Below are positions 10,337 to 19,569 of a stretch of 41,438 nt of DNA, one piece after another. Each line of letters begins with the position of its first letter. The first letter of the stretch is position 1. Source of the stretch: Candidatus Bilamarchaeaceae archaeon (GTDB taxonomy: Archaea > Micrarchaeota > Micrarchaeia > Anstonellales > Bilamarchaeaceae); assembly GCA_038851325.1 (NCBI GenBank), contig JAWCKZ010000007.1, forward strand, positions 1-41,438. The letters are read 5' to 3'. The notes under the pieces are model-generated. The model ran no database searches. It saw only the letters and a program-made list of their open reading frames with translations, and was not told the DNA's origin. The translations under genes were made by a program, and so were the position numbers.

Positions 10337-10975
10337 ATGGCTGCAATGGATGTAAACCCAACAAGGATGGAGCTCATAAAGGTAAAGGATAGCATAGCCC
10401 TTGCCAGAAAGGGCCATAAGCTTTTAAAGCAGAAAAGAGATGCCCTCATCCTTGAGTTTTTTAAAATCCTTAAGAAAGCGCAGGACCTTCGCGGCGAGTT
10501 AGCAAAAAAAATCGCAGAGGGATATAAATCGCTTGCACTTGCGCAGCTCTATCATCCAGCGCATCAACTTGAAAAGGTTTCGCTTGACCTAAAAAGGGAT
10601 ATCGATATTGAAATTGAAGTGAAGAATGTTATGGGTGTAAAGATACCGTCCATAGAAACGCGGTTTGAAAAAAGAGATTTTATCAGAATGCCAACATATT
10701 CCATTGCAGCAACAAGTGCGAAGATAGATCAGGCGGTGCATGATTTTGATGAAGTCTTGTTTATGGTAATAAAACTTGCTGAGACGGAGACAGCAATAAA
10801 AAGGCTGATACTGGAAATCGAAAAAACAAAGAGACGTGTGAACGCCCTTGAGTACGTGCTTATTCCTCGTCTTGAGGAAACAAAGGCGCTTATCTCCTTT
10901 CGCCTTGATGAGATGGAGAGGGACAGCTTCGTTTCGCTTAAATCCATACAGCGAAAACTAGAACGAAGAGAATAA
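10337..10975 (+). CDS. atpD: A/V-type ATP synthase subunit D
   Basis: VNPTRMEL, GHKLLKQKRDAL, EIEKTKRRVNALEY. Confidence 0.98.
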   Translation: MAAMDVNPTRMELIKVKDSIALARKGHKLLKQKRDALILEFFKILKKAQDLRGELAKKIAEGYKSLALAQLYHPAHQLEKVSLDLKRDIDIEIEVKNVMGVKIPSIETRFEKRDFIRMPTYSIAATSAKIDQAVHDFDEVLFMVIKLAETETAIKRLILEIEKTKRRVNALEYVLIPRLEETKALISFRLDEMERDSFVSLKSIQRKLERRE

Positions 10976-10977
10976 GT

Positions 10978-11514
10978 TCAACTGAATCTCTTCAACTCAG
11001 TATACACTGGTCCTTTGGGAGTGAGTTTGCTCTCAAATAGGATAAAACTGCTAACGTTGAATTTTCCGAATTCCTTTTCCTTGTTTTTTCTAAGGAATTC
11101 TCCAAGGTCGATTTTTTTCTTTACGCGCGCAATTGTCAGGTGCGCCGAGAATTTCCTTTCTTCTTCCTTTCCAATCCCCTTAAGCGCAGCGATTACTGAA
11201 TCCGCAAGCTGCATAAGCTGTTCACATTCAATACCGACCCATACAACCCGTATGTAAGACGGGCTGGGGAAAACACCAACGCCTTTAATGCTGCATTCAA
11301 ATTCCTTAAATTTAATTTTTTCCAGACGTGAAGCAATGTCCGATACGGTTTCTTCAGGTACTTCGCCGATAAATCTCAAGGTTATGTGTAGGTTCTCCTC
11401 TTCAACAAGCTTGACGCCATCCTGCTCTATCTGGCGTGCGAACTCATGGATATTCGCCCTTAGCTCTTGCGGAAGCTCAACGGCAACAAAAAGTCTCTTA
11501 GTCCCCTCTTCCAT
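10978..11514 (-). CDS. thpR: RNA 2',3'-cyclic phosphodiesterase (2H family, '2'-5' RNA ligase')
   Basis: RLFVAV N-terminus, two HxT motifs (HITLRF, HLTIAR), ESKLTPKGPVY. Confidence 0.95.
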   Translation of the reverse strand: MEEGTKRLFVAVELPQELRANIHEFARQIEQDGVKLVEEENLHITLRFIGEVPEETVSDIASRLEKIKFKEFECSIKGVGVFPSPSYIRVVWVGIECEQLMQLADSVIAALKGIGKEEERKFSAHLTIARVKKKIDLGEFLRKNKEKEFGKFNVSSFILFESKLTPKGPVYTELKRFS

Positions 11515-11547
11515 AGGTTTAAAAATTCAGGATAAAAATAAAAACCC

Positions 11548-12780
11548 ATGGGAGAGGAAAAGGAGATTTTCTTTACAAGAAACAAGTCTCTGTCGCTGTT
11601 TTATTCAGCCAAATCCCTGAGAAGAAGAGAGGAGACGGAAGTGCAGGGATATGCGGTACGCGTTCTTGCCGGCGGTGGGCTTGGTTTCTCCTACACGGAA
11701 AAAGAAGAGGATCTGGAGCGAGCGACTGAGACTGCAAGAGGGTTGGCAAAATACTCGCCAAGACCAAATTTTCATTTTCCCGCAAGGGAAAAATTACCAA
11801 AACTACAACTCAGGGATACAAAGATAGCAGAGATTGATGCTTGTAGGCTGAAAGAGATTTTTGAGAAAGTCAGGGAAGGGGCGGAGAAATATAGGGGCAA
11901 CGCCCAGATAACAATGGAAACGAACTGCAGCAGCATAGCAATCGAAAACACTGCCGGATTCTCAGGGCAATACGAAACCACCGGAATCCAGATAAATATT
12001 GAAGTGATGGACGGAAACGGCTTTGGCTTTTTTTCAAATGCATTTCCAAAGCTGCCAAAGGAAGAGGATTTTTACAAATTCGGGGAGGAGGCAGCAGAGA
12101 TGGCAAGGGAAAGCAAAAACCCAAAGAGAGTGCAGAATGGGAAATACATCGTTGCATTTGAGCCTGATGCCTTTGGCAATCTTATCGATGTTCTTCTACC
12201 ATCTTTCCACGGCGAATTGAAGAAACGGAAGATAAGTTATCTGCATGACAAGCTCGGCAGGCAGGTTTTCAGTGACAGCCTGACCATAACCGATGATCCG
12301 CTTCTTGCGTATGGAGTTAATTCCCAGCCTTTTGACGATGAAGGTGTACCCTCTGTTGCAATCCCGCTTGTTGAAAAAGGCGTTGTGAAGAATTGCATAT
12401 ATAATCTTGAGGTGGCGTCGCTCGAGGGAGTTGCGGATAAAGGTAGGTGCATGCGAGCTTCCTACCAGTCTGTTCCTGGCATTGGTTTTTCTAATATAGT
12501 AGTTACACCTGGAGAAATGGGCGACGATGAAGGCGAGCTGTCTGTTCTCTCTTTTCATGGAACGCATACAGCAAATACGACAACTGGTGATTTTGGAGTT
12601 GAGGTGAATCTCGCTTTTCTGCAGAAAGAGGGAAAGCGGGAGCCGGTACGGGATTTCATGATTACCGGAAACATATTTAACCTTTTCAAGAACATATATG
12701 GAATAGGAAAAAAACAAAAGAGAGTGGGCGGCTTCCTAGGGCCGCGGATTGCATTTTCAGATGTGCAGGTGGTCAGATAA
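11548..12780 (+). CDS. TldD/PmbA family protein, PmbA/TldE-like (no HExxxH)
   Basis: LTITDDP, PFDDEGVP, HTANTTTGDFGV, MITGNIF; lacks the TldD HExxxH zinc motif. Confidence 0.88.
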   Translation: MGEEKEIFFTRNKSLSLFYSAKSLRRREETEVQGYAVRVLAGGGLGFSYTEKEEDLERATETARGLAKYSPRPNFHFPAREKLPKLQLRDTKIAEIDACRLKEIFEKVREGAEKYRGNAQITMETNCSSIAIENTAGFSGQYETTGIQINIEVMDGNGFGFFSNAFPKLPKEEDFYKFGEEAAEMARESKNPKRVQNGKYIVAFEPDAFGNLIDVLLPSFHGELKKRKISYLHDKLGRQVFSDSLTITDDPLLAYGVNSQPFDDEGVPSVAIPLVEKGVVKNCIYNLEVASLEGVADKGRCMRASYQSVPGIGFSNIVVTPGEMGDDEGELSVLSFHGTHTANTTTGDFGVEVNLAFLQKEGKREPVRDFMITGNIFNLFKNIYGIGKKQKRVGGFLGPRIAFSDVQVVR

Positions 12781-14757
12781 ATGGAAAAAATAAAAAGTAC
12801 TGCAGATGTAAAAGTTCCAGAAAGACTCATAGACCAGATAATCGGACAGGAAAAGGCAGTTGAGATTGTAAAAAAGGCAGCACGACAAAAAAGGAACGTC
12901 CTTCTCATAGGCCCGCCTGGCACTGGAAAAAGCATGATGGCGCAAGCAATGGCAGAGCTCATGCCAGTCGAGGATCTTCAGGATATTCTTGTATATCCAA
13001 ACAAGAACGATGAAAATCAGCCACTGATAAGAACTGTTCCAACCTATCCGACATACGAGCAGATAATGACAAACAAGGAGTTTCAGAGATACTACACAAA
13101 AGAAGAGATAAGGAGAATCAAAAACGCGGATAAAAAGCAACTTCCTCGCCTCCTTGGGCTTGGCCTTGGAAGAAGAATAGTAAGCTACCGGGAAGAAATC
13201 CGAGAAACGAAAAAGATAAATCCGATACTTATCCTTCTTTTTATCGGGCTGCTCCTGTACGCAGTCATCTTTCTTACGGATCTTCCAGAAAACGCAAAGT
13301 GGTTTATTGTTGCAAGCGTTATCGGTCTTGGCTTCCTTTACATCCTCTCAAGTGCTACAGCAGGACTTGGTGCACGACTTATGCCGAGGGAAAGCAATGA
13401 ACCGAAGTTGATAGTAGATAACACTGGAAGAAGCACAGCACCGTTTATAGACGCGACAGGAACGAGAGCTGGCGCTCTTCTTGGCGATTGTCGGCATGAC
13501 CCTCTCCAGAGCGGTGGGCTTGGAACACCGGCTCATCTTCGTATAGAAGCAGGTGCGATCCATCGCGCAAATAAAGGGGTGCTCTTTATAGATGAGATAG
13601 CATCGCTAAAACTAAACTGGCAGCAGGAGCTTCTTACTGCAATGCAAGAAAAAAGATACACCATTACCGGCCAGAGTGAGTTAAGCTCTGGTGCTCTTGT
13701 GAAAACTCAGCCTGTTCCATGTGATTTTGTCCTTGTCGCCGCAGGCAATCTCCCAGACATTCAGAGAATTCACCCGGCCCTTCGCTCTAGAATTCGCGGC
13801 GGAGGCTACGAGGTATATGTAGAGGACAGTATGGAGGACACTCCGGAAAACGAGCAAAAACTTGTGCAGTTTATAGCGCAGGAGGTTAAGAAGGATGGTA
13901 AGATACCGCACTTTGGACCTGATGCTGTTGAAGAAATAATAGAAGAAGCGAGAAGGATGTCTGGCAGAAAAAGAAAGTTTACTCTCAACCTCAGAGAGCT
14001 TGGGGGGCTTGTAAGAGCTGCTGGTGATGTTGCGCGAGAAAGAGGATTACAACTCGTTACACGCAACGAAGTCCTAGAGGCAAAAAAGATATTCAGACCA
14101 GTTGAAAGCCAACTCGCATCTAAGATAATAGAACATAGAAAGGAATACCAGATAACGAGCACAAAAGGAGCTGCGGTAGGACGAGTAAATGGACTTGCTG
14201 TTCTCGGCAATACCCGCGCTGGGCTCCTCCTGCCAATGGTTGCTGAGGTAACACCTGCCGCATCCAAGAGCGAGGGAAAGATTATAGCAACAGGAAAACT
14301 TGGAACGATAGCAAAGGAGGCAGTGGAAAACGTATCGGCAATTATAAAGAAATACGTTGGTGCGGACATTTCAAAAAGAGACATACATATCCAGTTCCTC
14401 CAGACTTACGAAGGTGTTGAAGGCGATAGCGCGTCTGTTGCCACTGCGCTGGCTGTTATTTCAGCGCTCACAGATATCCCAGTAATGCAAGACTGCGCCA
14501 TAACCGGCTCGCTCGACATTAGGGGTGAGGTTCTACCTGTTGGTGGGGTAAACGCAAAGACCGAGGCTGCGATAGAGAATGGTATAAGGCGCGTTGTAAT
14601 TCCTGCTTCGAACGCTGAAGAACTTTATCTTTCAGAGGAAGCAAAGAAAAAAGTAGAGATAATACTTGCACGCAACATTCTGGATGTGCTCCAGGCTGCT
14701 CTTCAGGATTGCAAAGAGAAGAAAAAACTCATCGCAAAAATGAAAAGGCTTAAGTGA
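12781..14757 (+). CDS. lonB: Membrane-anchored ATP-dependent protease LonB
   Basis: [11 protein letters not shown], Walker A GPPGTGKS, two TM helices in the AAA domain, [12 protein letters not shown], catalytic EGDSAS and Lys in VNAKTEAA. Confidence 0.97.
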   Translation: MEKIKSTADVKVPERLIDQIIGQEKAVEIVKKAARQKRNVLLIGPPGTGKSMMAQAMAELMPVEDLQDILVYPNKNDENQPLIRTVPTYPTYEQIMTNKEFQRYYTKEEIRRIKNADKKQLPRLLGLGLGRRIVSYREEIRETKKINPILILLFIGLLLYAVIFLTDLPENAKWFIVASVIGLGFLYILSSATAGLGARLMPRESNEPKLIVDNTGRSTAPFIDATGTRAGALLGDCRHDPLQSGGLGTPAHLRIEAGAIHRANKGVLFIDEIASLKLNWQQELLTAMQEKRYTITGQSELSSGALVKTQPVPCDFVLVAAGNLPDIQRIHPALRSRIRGGGYEVYVEDSMEDTPENEQKLVQFIAQEVKKDGKIPHFGPDAVEEIIEEARRMSGRKRKFTLNLRELGGLVRAAGDVARERGLQLVTRNEVLEAKKIFRPVESQLASKIIEHRKEYQITSTKGAAVGRVNGLAVLGNTRAGLLLPMVAEVTPAASKSEGKIIATGKLGTIAKEAVENVSAIIKKYVGADISKRDIHIQFLQTYEGVEGDSASVATALAVISALTDIPVMQDCAITGSLDIRGEVLPVGGVNAKTEAAIENGIRRVVIPASNAEELYLSEEAKKKVEIILARNILDVLQAALQDCKEKKKLIAKMKRLK

Positions 14758-14761
14758 TAGT

Positions 14762-16096
14762 ATGGCAAGATATTTTGGAACAAATGGTGCACGTGGGACA
14801 CTAAGCGAACTCCCGCCAGATGTGGTATTGAAATTGGCACGCGCCACTGGCCTTTTCTTCAAAAGAGGAAAAATCCTGATTGCACGAGATGGAAGAATAA
14901 CCAGCGAACTTTATCGGCACGCTGTTATATCCGGCCTTCTTAGTGCGGGTTGCCATATTGTTGATTTGGGGATGTGCCCCTCACCAACAGCTGAATTCAT
15001 GATAAAAAGGTTGGGAGCAGATGGGCTGGTAATAATAACTGCTTCCCATAATCCACCGGAATACAACGGCATAAAGATTGTCGATGGTGATGGTGTTGCG
15101 CTTTCAAAAGAACGCGCAGAGGAGATAGAAAAGCTCATGGACGCACCTACGGTTGAGTGGAATGAGATAGGAAGTTTTGACATCTACAAGAGCACTGTTG
15201 AGGATTACATAAACGAGCTAATGCGTCATGCGGACAACAAAAAGATAGCAAAAAGAAAACCTAGGCTTGTGCTTGATTGCGGTAATGGGATGGCGGCACT
15301 CGTTGCTCCACAATTATTTAAGCAACTCGGCTGCGAGGCAGTCCTCCTAAACGCCCAAGTTGATGGACGGTTTCCAGGAAGGCCTTCAGAGCCAACAGAA
15401 CAGAATGTGCAGGAGATGCTCTCGATGGTTAAAAGGATAGGAGCAGATGCGGGGATAGCATGGGATGGGGATGCTGACCGAGTTGCATTCGCAGATGAGC
15501 GCGGTAGATACATCATAGGTGACAAGGTATTTGCGCTTTCAGCGCTACTTAGATTTAAGGAGAAGAAAGGGAATATTGCGACAACAGTAGCCACCAGCCT
15601 TGCAATCGAGGATATCGCAAGGAGATTCGGTGCCAGGGTGGTGCATACAAAGATTGGGGCGCCTTATCTGAGCGAAGAGGTTGCAAAAGGAGCCGTCATA
15701 GGGGGCGAGGAAGTCGGCGGCGTCATCTGGCCTGAGATTTCGCTTGCAAAGGAAGGGATTTACACCGCAGCAAAAATCGTTGAGGCAATATGCGATAGAC
15801 CTCTTTCGGAATGGCTGAAGGAGATTCCTGAATACATAAACATAAAGGAAAAGATTCCAGCGGACGAGAAAAAGAAAAAGGAGCTTGTTGACAGGGTAAA
15901 AAGATACGCAAAGGAGAACAAGCTGGATTTTATCGATATCGATGGTGTCAGGATAAATTATCCAAACAGCTGGGTTATTGTAAGAGCTGCAGGCACAGAA
16001 AATTATGTTAGAGTATTTGCAGAGGCAAAAACCGAAAAGGAAGCAAGGGAACTGATTGAGAAATACAAAAAAATTTTGCTGACCGAGCCAGCCTGA
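14762..16096 (+). CDS. Phosphohexomutase (phosphoglucosamine mutase / PMM-PGM family)
   Basis: FGTNGARG, catalytic TASHNPPEYNGIK, metal loop DGDADR, GGEEVGG, RVFAEA. Confidence 0.93.
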   Translation: MARYFGTNGARGTLSELPPDVVLKLARATGLFFKRGKILIARDGRITSELYRHAVISGLLSAGCHIVDLGMCPSPTAEFMIKRLGADGLVIITASHNPPEYNGIKIVDGDGVALSKERAEEIEKLMDAPTVEWNEIGSFDIYKSTVEDYINELMRHADNKKIAKRKPRLVLDCGNGMAALVAPQLFKQLGCEAVLLNAQVDGRFPGRPSEPTEQNVQEMLSMVKRIGADAGIAWDGDADRVAFADERGRYIIGDKVFALSALLRFKEKKGNIATTVATSLAIEDIARRFGARVVHTKIGAPYLSEEVAKGAVIGGEEVGGVIWPEISLAKEGIYTAAKIVEAICDRPLSEWLKEIPEYINIKEKIPADEKKKKELVDRVKRYAKENKLDFIDIDGVRINYPNSWVIVRAAGTENYVRVFAEAKTEKEARELIEKYKKILLTEPA

Positions 16097-16176
16097 TTTT
16101 GGTCTTGTGATCGCCGATTCGGAGGACTAAAAGGAAAGCGAGTAGCAGCTTCTGCGTGACGAGCGCCCATAAGTAG

Positions 16177-16199
16177 ACATAGTAATTTGCAACACCCTA
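16177..16199 (-). repeat. Dispersed IS-end-like repeat (GTTGCAAATT family), copy 1
   Basis: Minus strand reads TAGGGTGTTGCAAATTACTATGT, 22/23 identical to plus-strand 26616-26638. Confidence 0.7.
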
Positions 16200-16262
16200 T
16201 TATGAGGTTATCGGCGGTATTTTTAAACTCTTACCGATTTTGTTATAGCTATGGGAGAGGAT

Positions 16263-16420
16263 GTTGGGGGCAAATGGACTGGTAATAATAACTGCTTCCC
16301 ATAATCCACCGGAATACAACTGCATAAAGATTGTCGATGGTAATGGTGTTGCGCTTTAAAAGAAGAGGAGATAGAAAAGCTCATGGACGCACCTACGGTT
16401 GAGTGGAATGAGATAGGAAG
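16263..16420 (+). pseudogene. Decayed partial duplicate of phosphohexomutase segment 15010-15174
   Basis: 158 bp aligns with the 165-bp source, with 5 substitutions, a 1-bp deletion and a 6-bp deletion; covers the TASHNP catalytic loop. Confidence 0.9.
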
Positions 16421-16431
16421 GTTAAAGAATG

Positions 16432-17463
16432 CTACCTCTCCACCGTGACACAAGCATAGGAGGAGCCTGCTGAAAAGCAACCGGTGTTCTCGTTCTCAAT
16501 TTGCTTATCTGATTCCTTCACAGTAATCTTCAGTGTCTTTTCCCCAACCTTCAGAAGGAGGTGATCGCCCTTGTCTTCGAATGACGCCTCCCCTCTCCAA
16601 TCTTCTTTTGCCTCAAAAAAAGTCATCGCAAGGCCCTTATCATCCTGCCGTACTGCAAAGAGAAACTTTTTTCCTTTTTCAGCCTCTCCACCTATAAAAA
16701 CAAAACCGTTAAATGCTGTTACGGCTACATTTTTGTTGAACAAGTCCGCGCCCAGAATATATCCATCGTGTTTTTCTGTGTTCGAGTCAAACACGTACAC
16801 GTCGTTGACATTTTTATTATAATTCTTGACCACTAAATAAAGAACAGAACCTATAGCAACAGAACCAAAAATCTCCTCATTCTTGGGAAGGGGCAACATA
16901 CTGCAATAAGAGATGTAATCTCGCTCTTTATGATAACCACCCACGAAGACGCCTTCCTGAGACGCGTAACTATTTCTCAGGATTAGCAAACCGGCCGTAC
17001 CTACAACAACAGTATTTTTTGCAAAACAAAATAGCGAGTGCAGATCTCCTATTGAGTCGTCTATCGGAGCGCGTGTTATCGCTGCTGCGCCGTTATCAAA
17101 TCTGTACATTACCTGACCAAGATTGTTGGCTATGCATACGCCACCTGGAAATTTTGAGGACACGCTCTGAGTTGCTTTTGCCAGTTCTTTTTTTGTGTTT
17201 TCTACAGAATCAGCGTCCTTCTCCGTTCCTTCTTTTAATGCAAGATTATCTATCTGCTGCCTAAACGCCTTATTCGTATATTTTGGAGTTGCGCAACCAA
17301 CGGTAGCAAAGGAGGCAACCAAGACAGGGTAAAGAAGATATTTCCTTGCAGCATTCTTAAATGGATTTTTTTTGCTTAATGTTTTACTTAATGTTTTATT
17401 CAACAAAATCTTTTCCATCAGATGTACCTTTTTCATACTCTCAGCTCTGATATCATCTTCCAA
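16432..17463 (-). CDS. Hypothetical exported protein, possible lipoprotein
   Basis: 343-aa ORF with a basic N-region, hydrophobic YLLYPVLVASFATVG followed by Cys (lipobox-like), then a beta-rich body; start uncertain. Confidence 0.7.
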   Translation of the reverse strand: MEDDIRAESMKKVHLMEKILLNKTLSKTLSKKNPFKNAARKYLLYPVLVASFATVGCATPKYTNKAFRQQIDNLALKEGTEKDADSVENTKKELAKATQSVSSKFPGGVCIANNLGQVMYRFDNGAAAITRAPIDDSIGDLHSLFCFAKNTVVVGTAGLLILRNSYASQEGVFVGGYHKERDYISYCSMLPLPKNEEIFGSVAIGSVLYLVVKNYNKNVNDVYVFDSNTEKHDGYILGADLFNKNVAVTAFNGFVFIGGEAEKGKKFLFAVRQDDKGLAMTFFEAKEDWRGEASFEDKGDHLLLKVGEKTLKITVKESDKQIENENTGCFSAGSSYACVTVER

Positions 17464-17565
17464 ATTATTGTTGTATTAAGTGCTATATAGAGAAATTATT
17501 AAAAAGCCACAGGTAAACACAAATTAATTTAAAAACCTTAGCAGCGATATAAGTTCGGTGGCATT

Positions 17566-17937
17566 ATGGGCGGGGTAGTATACGCTGAGAAGAAGGAAAA
17601 AAAGATTGACACGATAGAAAAAGTAACATTTAAGTTTGGCGGAAAAGAATATACGCTGGTTCTTCCTCCGGGAACAAAGGCAAACGAGATATGGAAGAAG
17701 TACGAGCTTCCGAAAAATCCGAAAAGTAAGCCGCAGCGCGATAAAAGCTACCAGGACCTTATAGAAAGAGTAAATAGAAAGGTATACGCCGATGATTTGA
17801 AGAAAGAGGTCACAGACTCAAAGGTGCTCAGAGAAGCCGGCGAAAAACTACTCGAAGAAGCAAGAAAAATAACCATGTTAACGGAATCACTGAAAACGCT
17901 TGAAGAACTAAAACCAGGAAAGGTGCAGCAGTTGTAA
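17566..17937 (+). CDS. Hypothetical Lys/Glu-rich protein
   Basis: 123-aa ORF with GGTGG RBS and TTTAAAAA TATA-like box upstream; no family recognised. Confidence 0.65.
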   Translation: MGGVVYAEKKEKKIDTIEKVTFKFGGKEYTLVLPPGTKANEIWKKYELPKNPKSKPQRDKSYQDLIERVNRKVYADDLKKEVTDSKVLREAGEKLLEEARKITMLTESLKTLEELKPGKVQQL

Positions 17938-17976
17938 GAAAGAGGCACGAAAAAAGAACGAAAGCGGATGATGTAA

Positions 17977-18105
17977 ATGACAATCACAGAGAAAGAGAAA
18001 ATGAAACGACAGTTACCGAATCTCGCAAAGATCATACCAATAAAGAGTGAGCACTATCTCGAATCATGGGATGCTAAACGAGGAAAACTTAAGACACAAG
18101 TGTAA
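17977..18105 (+). CDS. Possible 42-aa small protein
   Basis: ATG..TAA ORF MTITEKEKMKRQLPNLAKIIPIKSEHYLESWDAKRGKLKTQV preceded by GGATGA; no motif recognised. Confidence 0.3.
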   Translation: MTITEKEKMKRQLPNLAKIIPIKSEHYLESWDAKRGKLKTQV

Positions 18106-18166
18106 CAAAGCGATGCGCGTTTATTTGGAAAAATTTTTTGGATAATTAGGGCCAGAGGATGAAAGT

Positions 18167-18343
18167 ATGGCTGTTATCATAAGGCATGAAGGCTGTATTC
18201 TGTGCGCTGGATGCGCAGCAGTCTGCCCAAAGCGAGCACTCGAACTGGTAGGAAATAAGATAGCGCACTACCCAGAAAAATGTGTAGCTTGCGGCGCATG
18301 TGTTAAGGTATGCCCATCAGGTGTCATCTCCCTTAAAAGGTAA
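18167..18343 (+). CDS. 2x[4Fe-4S] ferredoxin (58 aa, missed by ORF track)
   Basis: MAVIIRHEGCILCAGCAAVCP...EKCVACGACVKVCPSGVISLKR contains two CxxCxxCxxxCP motifs; GAGGATGA RBS. Confidence 0.95.
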   Translation: MAVIIRHEGCILCAGCAAVCPKRALELVGNKIAHYPEKCVACGACVKVCPSGVISLKR

Positions 18344-18357
18344 GAAAGGTAGATTTC

Positions 18358-19569
18358 ATGAAATCTGATTATGATGCGATAGTAATCGGCGGAGGACCGG
18401 CGGGCTCAAGTTTTGCCAGAATCGCAGCAGAGGGCGGACTTAATGTTCTTGTTATAGACAAACGGAAGGAGATAGGCGTTCCGGTACGATGCGGAGAGGG
18501 ATTGGGCGCACGCGAGGTACTTGCGCAAGGACTCGATGTTCCGCGAAGAGCGATATCAACTGATATATACGGAGCTAAAGTAGTTGCGCCAAACGGAAGA
18601 GCAATCATATGGAAGGAAGAAGGACTAACAACTGGTTGGGTTCTCGAGCGAAAGATATTTGACAAGTGGCTCTGCGAGCTTGCAATAGACAAAGGAGCAG
18701 AGGTGCGGACGTATACGCGCGCGGTCGACCTACTTAAAGAAGACGGAAAAATCGTTGGGTTAAAGGTTGCACGATGGGGAAAGGAAGAGTATGATGTATA
18801 CGCTCCTCTAATCGTGTCAGCAGAGGGGATGGAAGCGCATATAGCGCACAAGGCAGGTTTTGACACAGTACATCGCCTTTATGATGTCGACACGTGCTAC
18901 CAATATGAGATGAAACCCTACGACCATGAGAATTTGATTGAGCTTTATTTCGGGAACAAAATTGCACCCCGCGGCTATGTATGGATTTTCCCCAAGTCTG
19001 ATAGAAGGGCCAATGTCGGCATAGGCATCGGGGGGAACCTCACGAACTGGGATAAGAACGGGGTTCCAGGAGCAGACCCGAAAAAACTCCTCGATGAATT
19101 CATAGCAAACCATCCGGAATTGAGGGAGGCGAGCACGCTTGATGACTTTGGCGGGGTGATAAGTGTCGGCGCGCCGTTGAACGAATTTGTAAAGGACAAT
19201 TTTATGGTAATCGGCACGGCAGCAAAGCAGGTTGACCCGATTCATGGCGGCGGGATTGCGCTTGCGATGGAATGTGGTGTGCTTGCAGCAGAGGTCGCTC
19301 TTAAAGCCAAGGAAAAGGGCTTCACAAAGGCTGCCTTGATGGAGTATGAGCGCACGTGGAGAGAGACCACAGGAAAAAAAGTGGCAAAGAGACTTCTGCT
19401 AAGAAAGGTCGTTGAAAAATTAAACGACGATGACTTGAATCATATATTCGCCAGTATAACCCAGAACGATTTGAACGACATTATGGCTGGAAAATTTGCC
19501 GGCCCGGTAGCAAAGGTTGTCGCAGGAAGACCGCAACTTCTAAAGGTGCTGAGCGCGCTCGTGTCATAA
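18358..19569 (+). CDS. Digeranylgeranylglycerophospholipid reductase (geranylgeranyl reductase family)
   Basis: GGGPAG FAD motif, PVRCGEG, PRGYVWIFP signature, DPIHGGGI; ferredoxin gene directly upstream. Confidence 0.92.
   Translation: MKSDYDAIVIGGGPAGSSFARIAAEGGLNVLVIDKRKEIGVPVRCGEGLGAREVLAQGLDVPRRAISTDIYGAKVVAPNGRAIIWKEEGLTTGWVLERKIFDKWLCELAIDKGAEVRTYTRAVDLLKEDGKIVGLKVARWGKEEYDVYAPLIVSAEGMEAHIAHKAGFDTVHRLYDVDTCYQYEMKPYDHENLIELYFGNKIAPRGYVWIFPKSDRRANVGIGIGGNLTNWDKNGVPGADPKKLLDEFIANHPELREASTLDDFGGVISVGAPLNEFVKDNFMVIGTAAKQVDPIHGGGIALAMECGVLAAEVALKAKEKGFTKAALMEYERTWRETTGKKVAKRLLLRKVVEKLNDDDLNHIFASITQNDLNDIMAGKFAGPVAKVVAGRPQLLKVLSALVS

Noticed and set aside
16251..16304. Short ORF MGEDVGG... 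resembling the starts of rpl15e (MGDDVG) and pmbA (ATGGGAGAGGA)
   Set aside because: Match is 11 bp or less, and the ORF runs out of frame into the duplicated fragment; likely chance.
15010..16420. Repeat pair 15010-15174 / 16263-16420 as a DGR template/variable repeat
   Set aside because: Only 3 of 5 substitutions have A in the non-coding copy, there are indels, the target is a conserved catalytic loop, and no reverse transcriptase is in the window.
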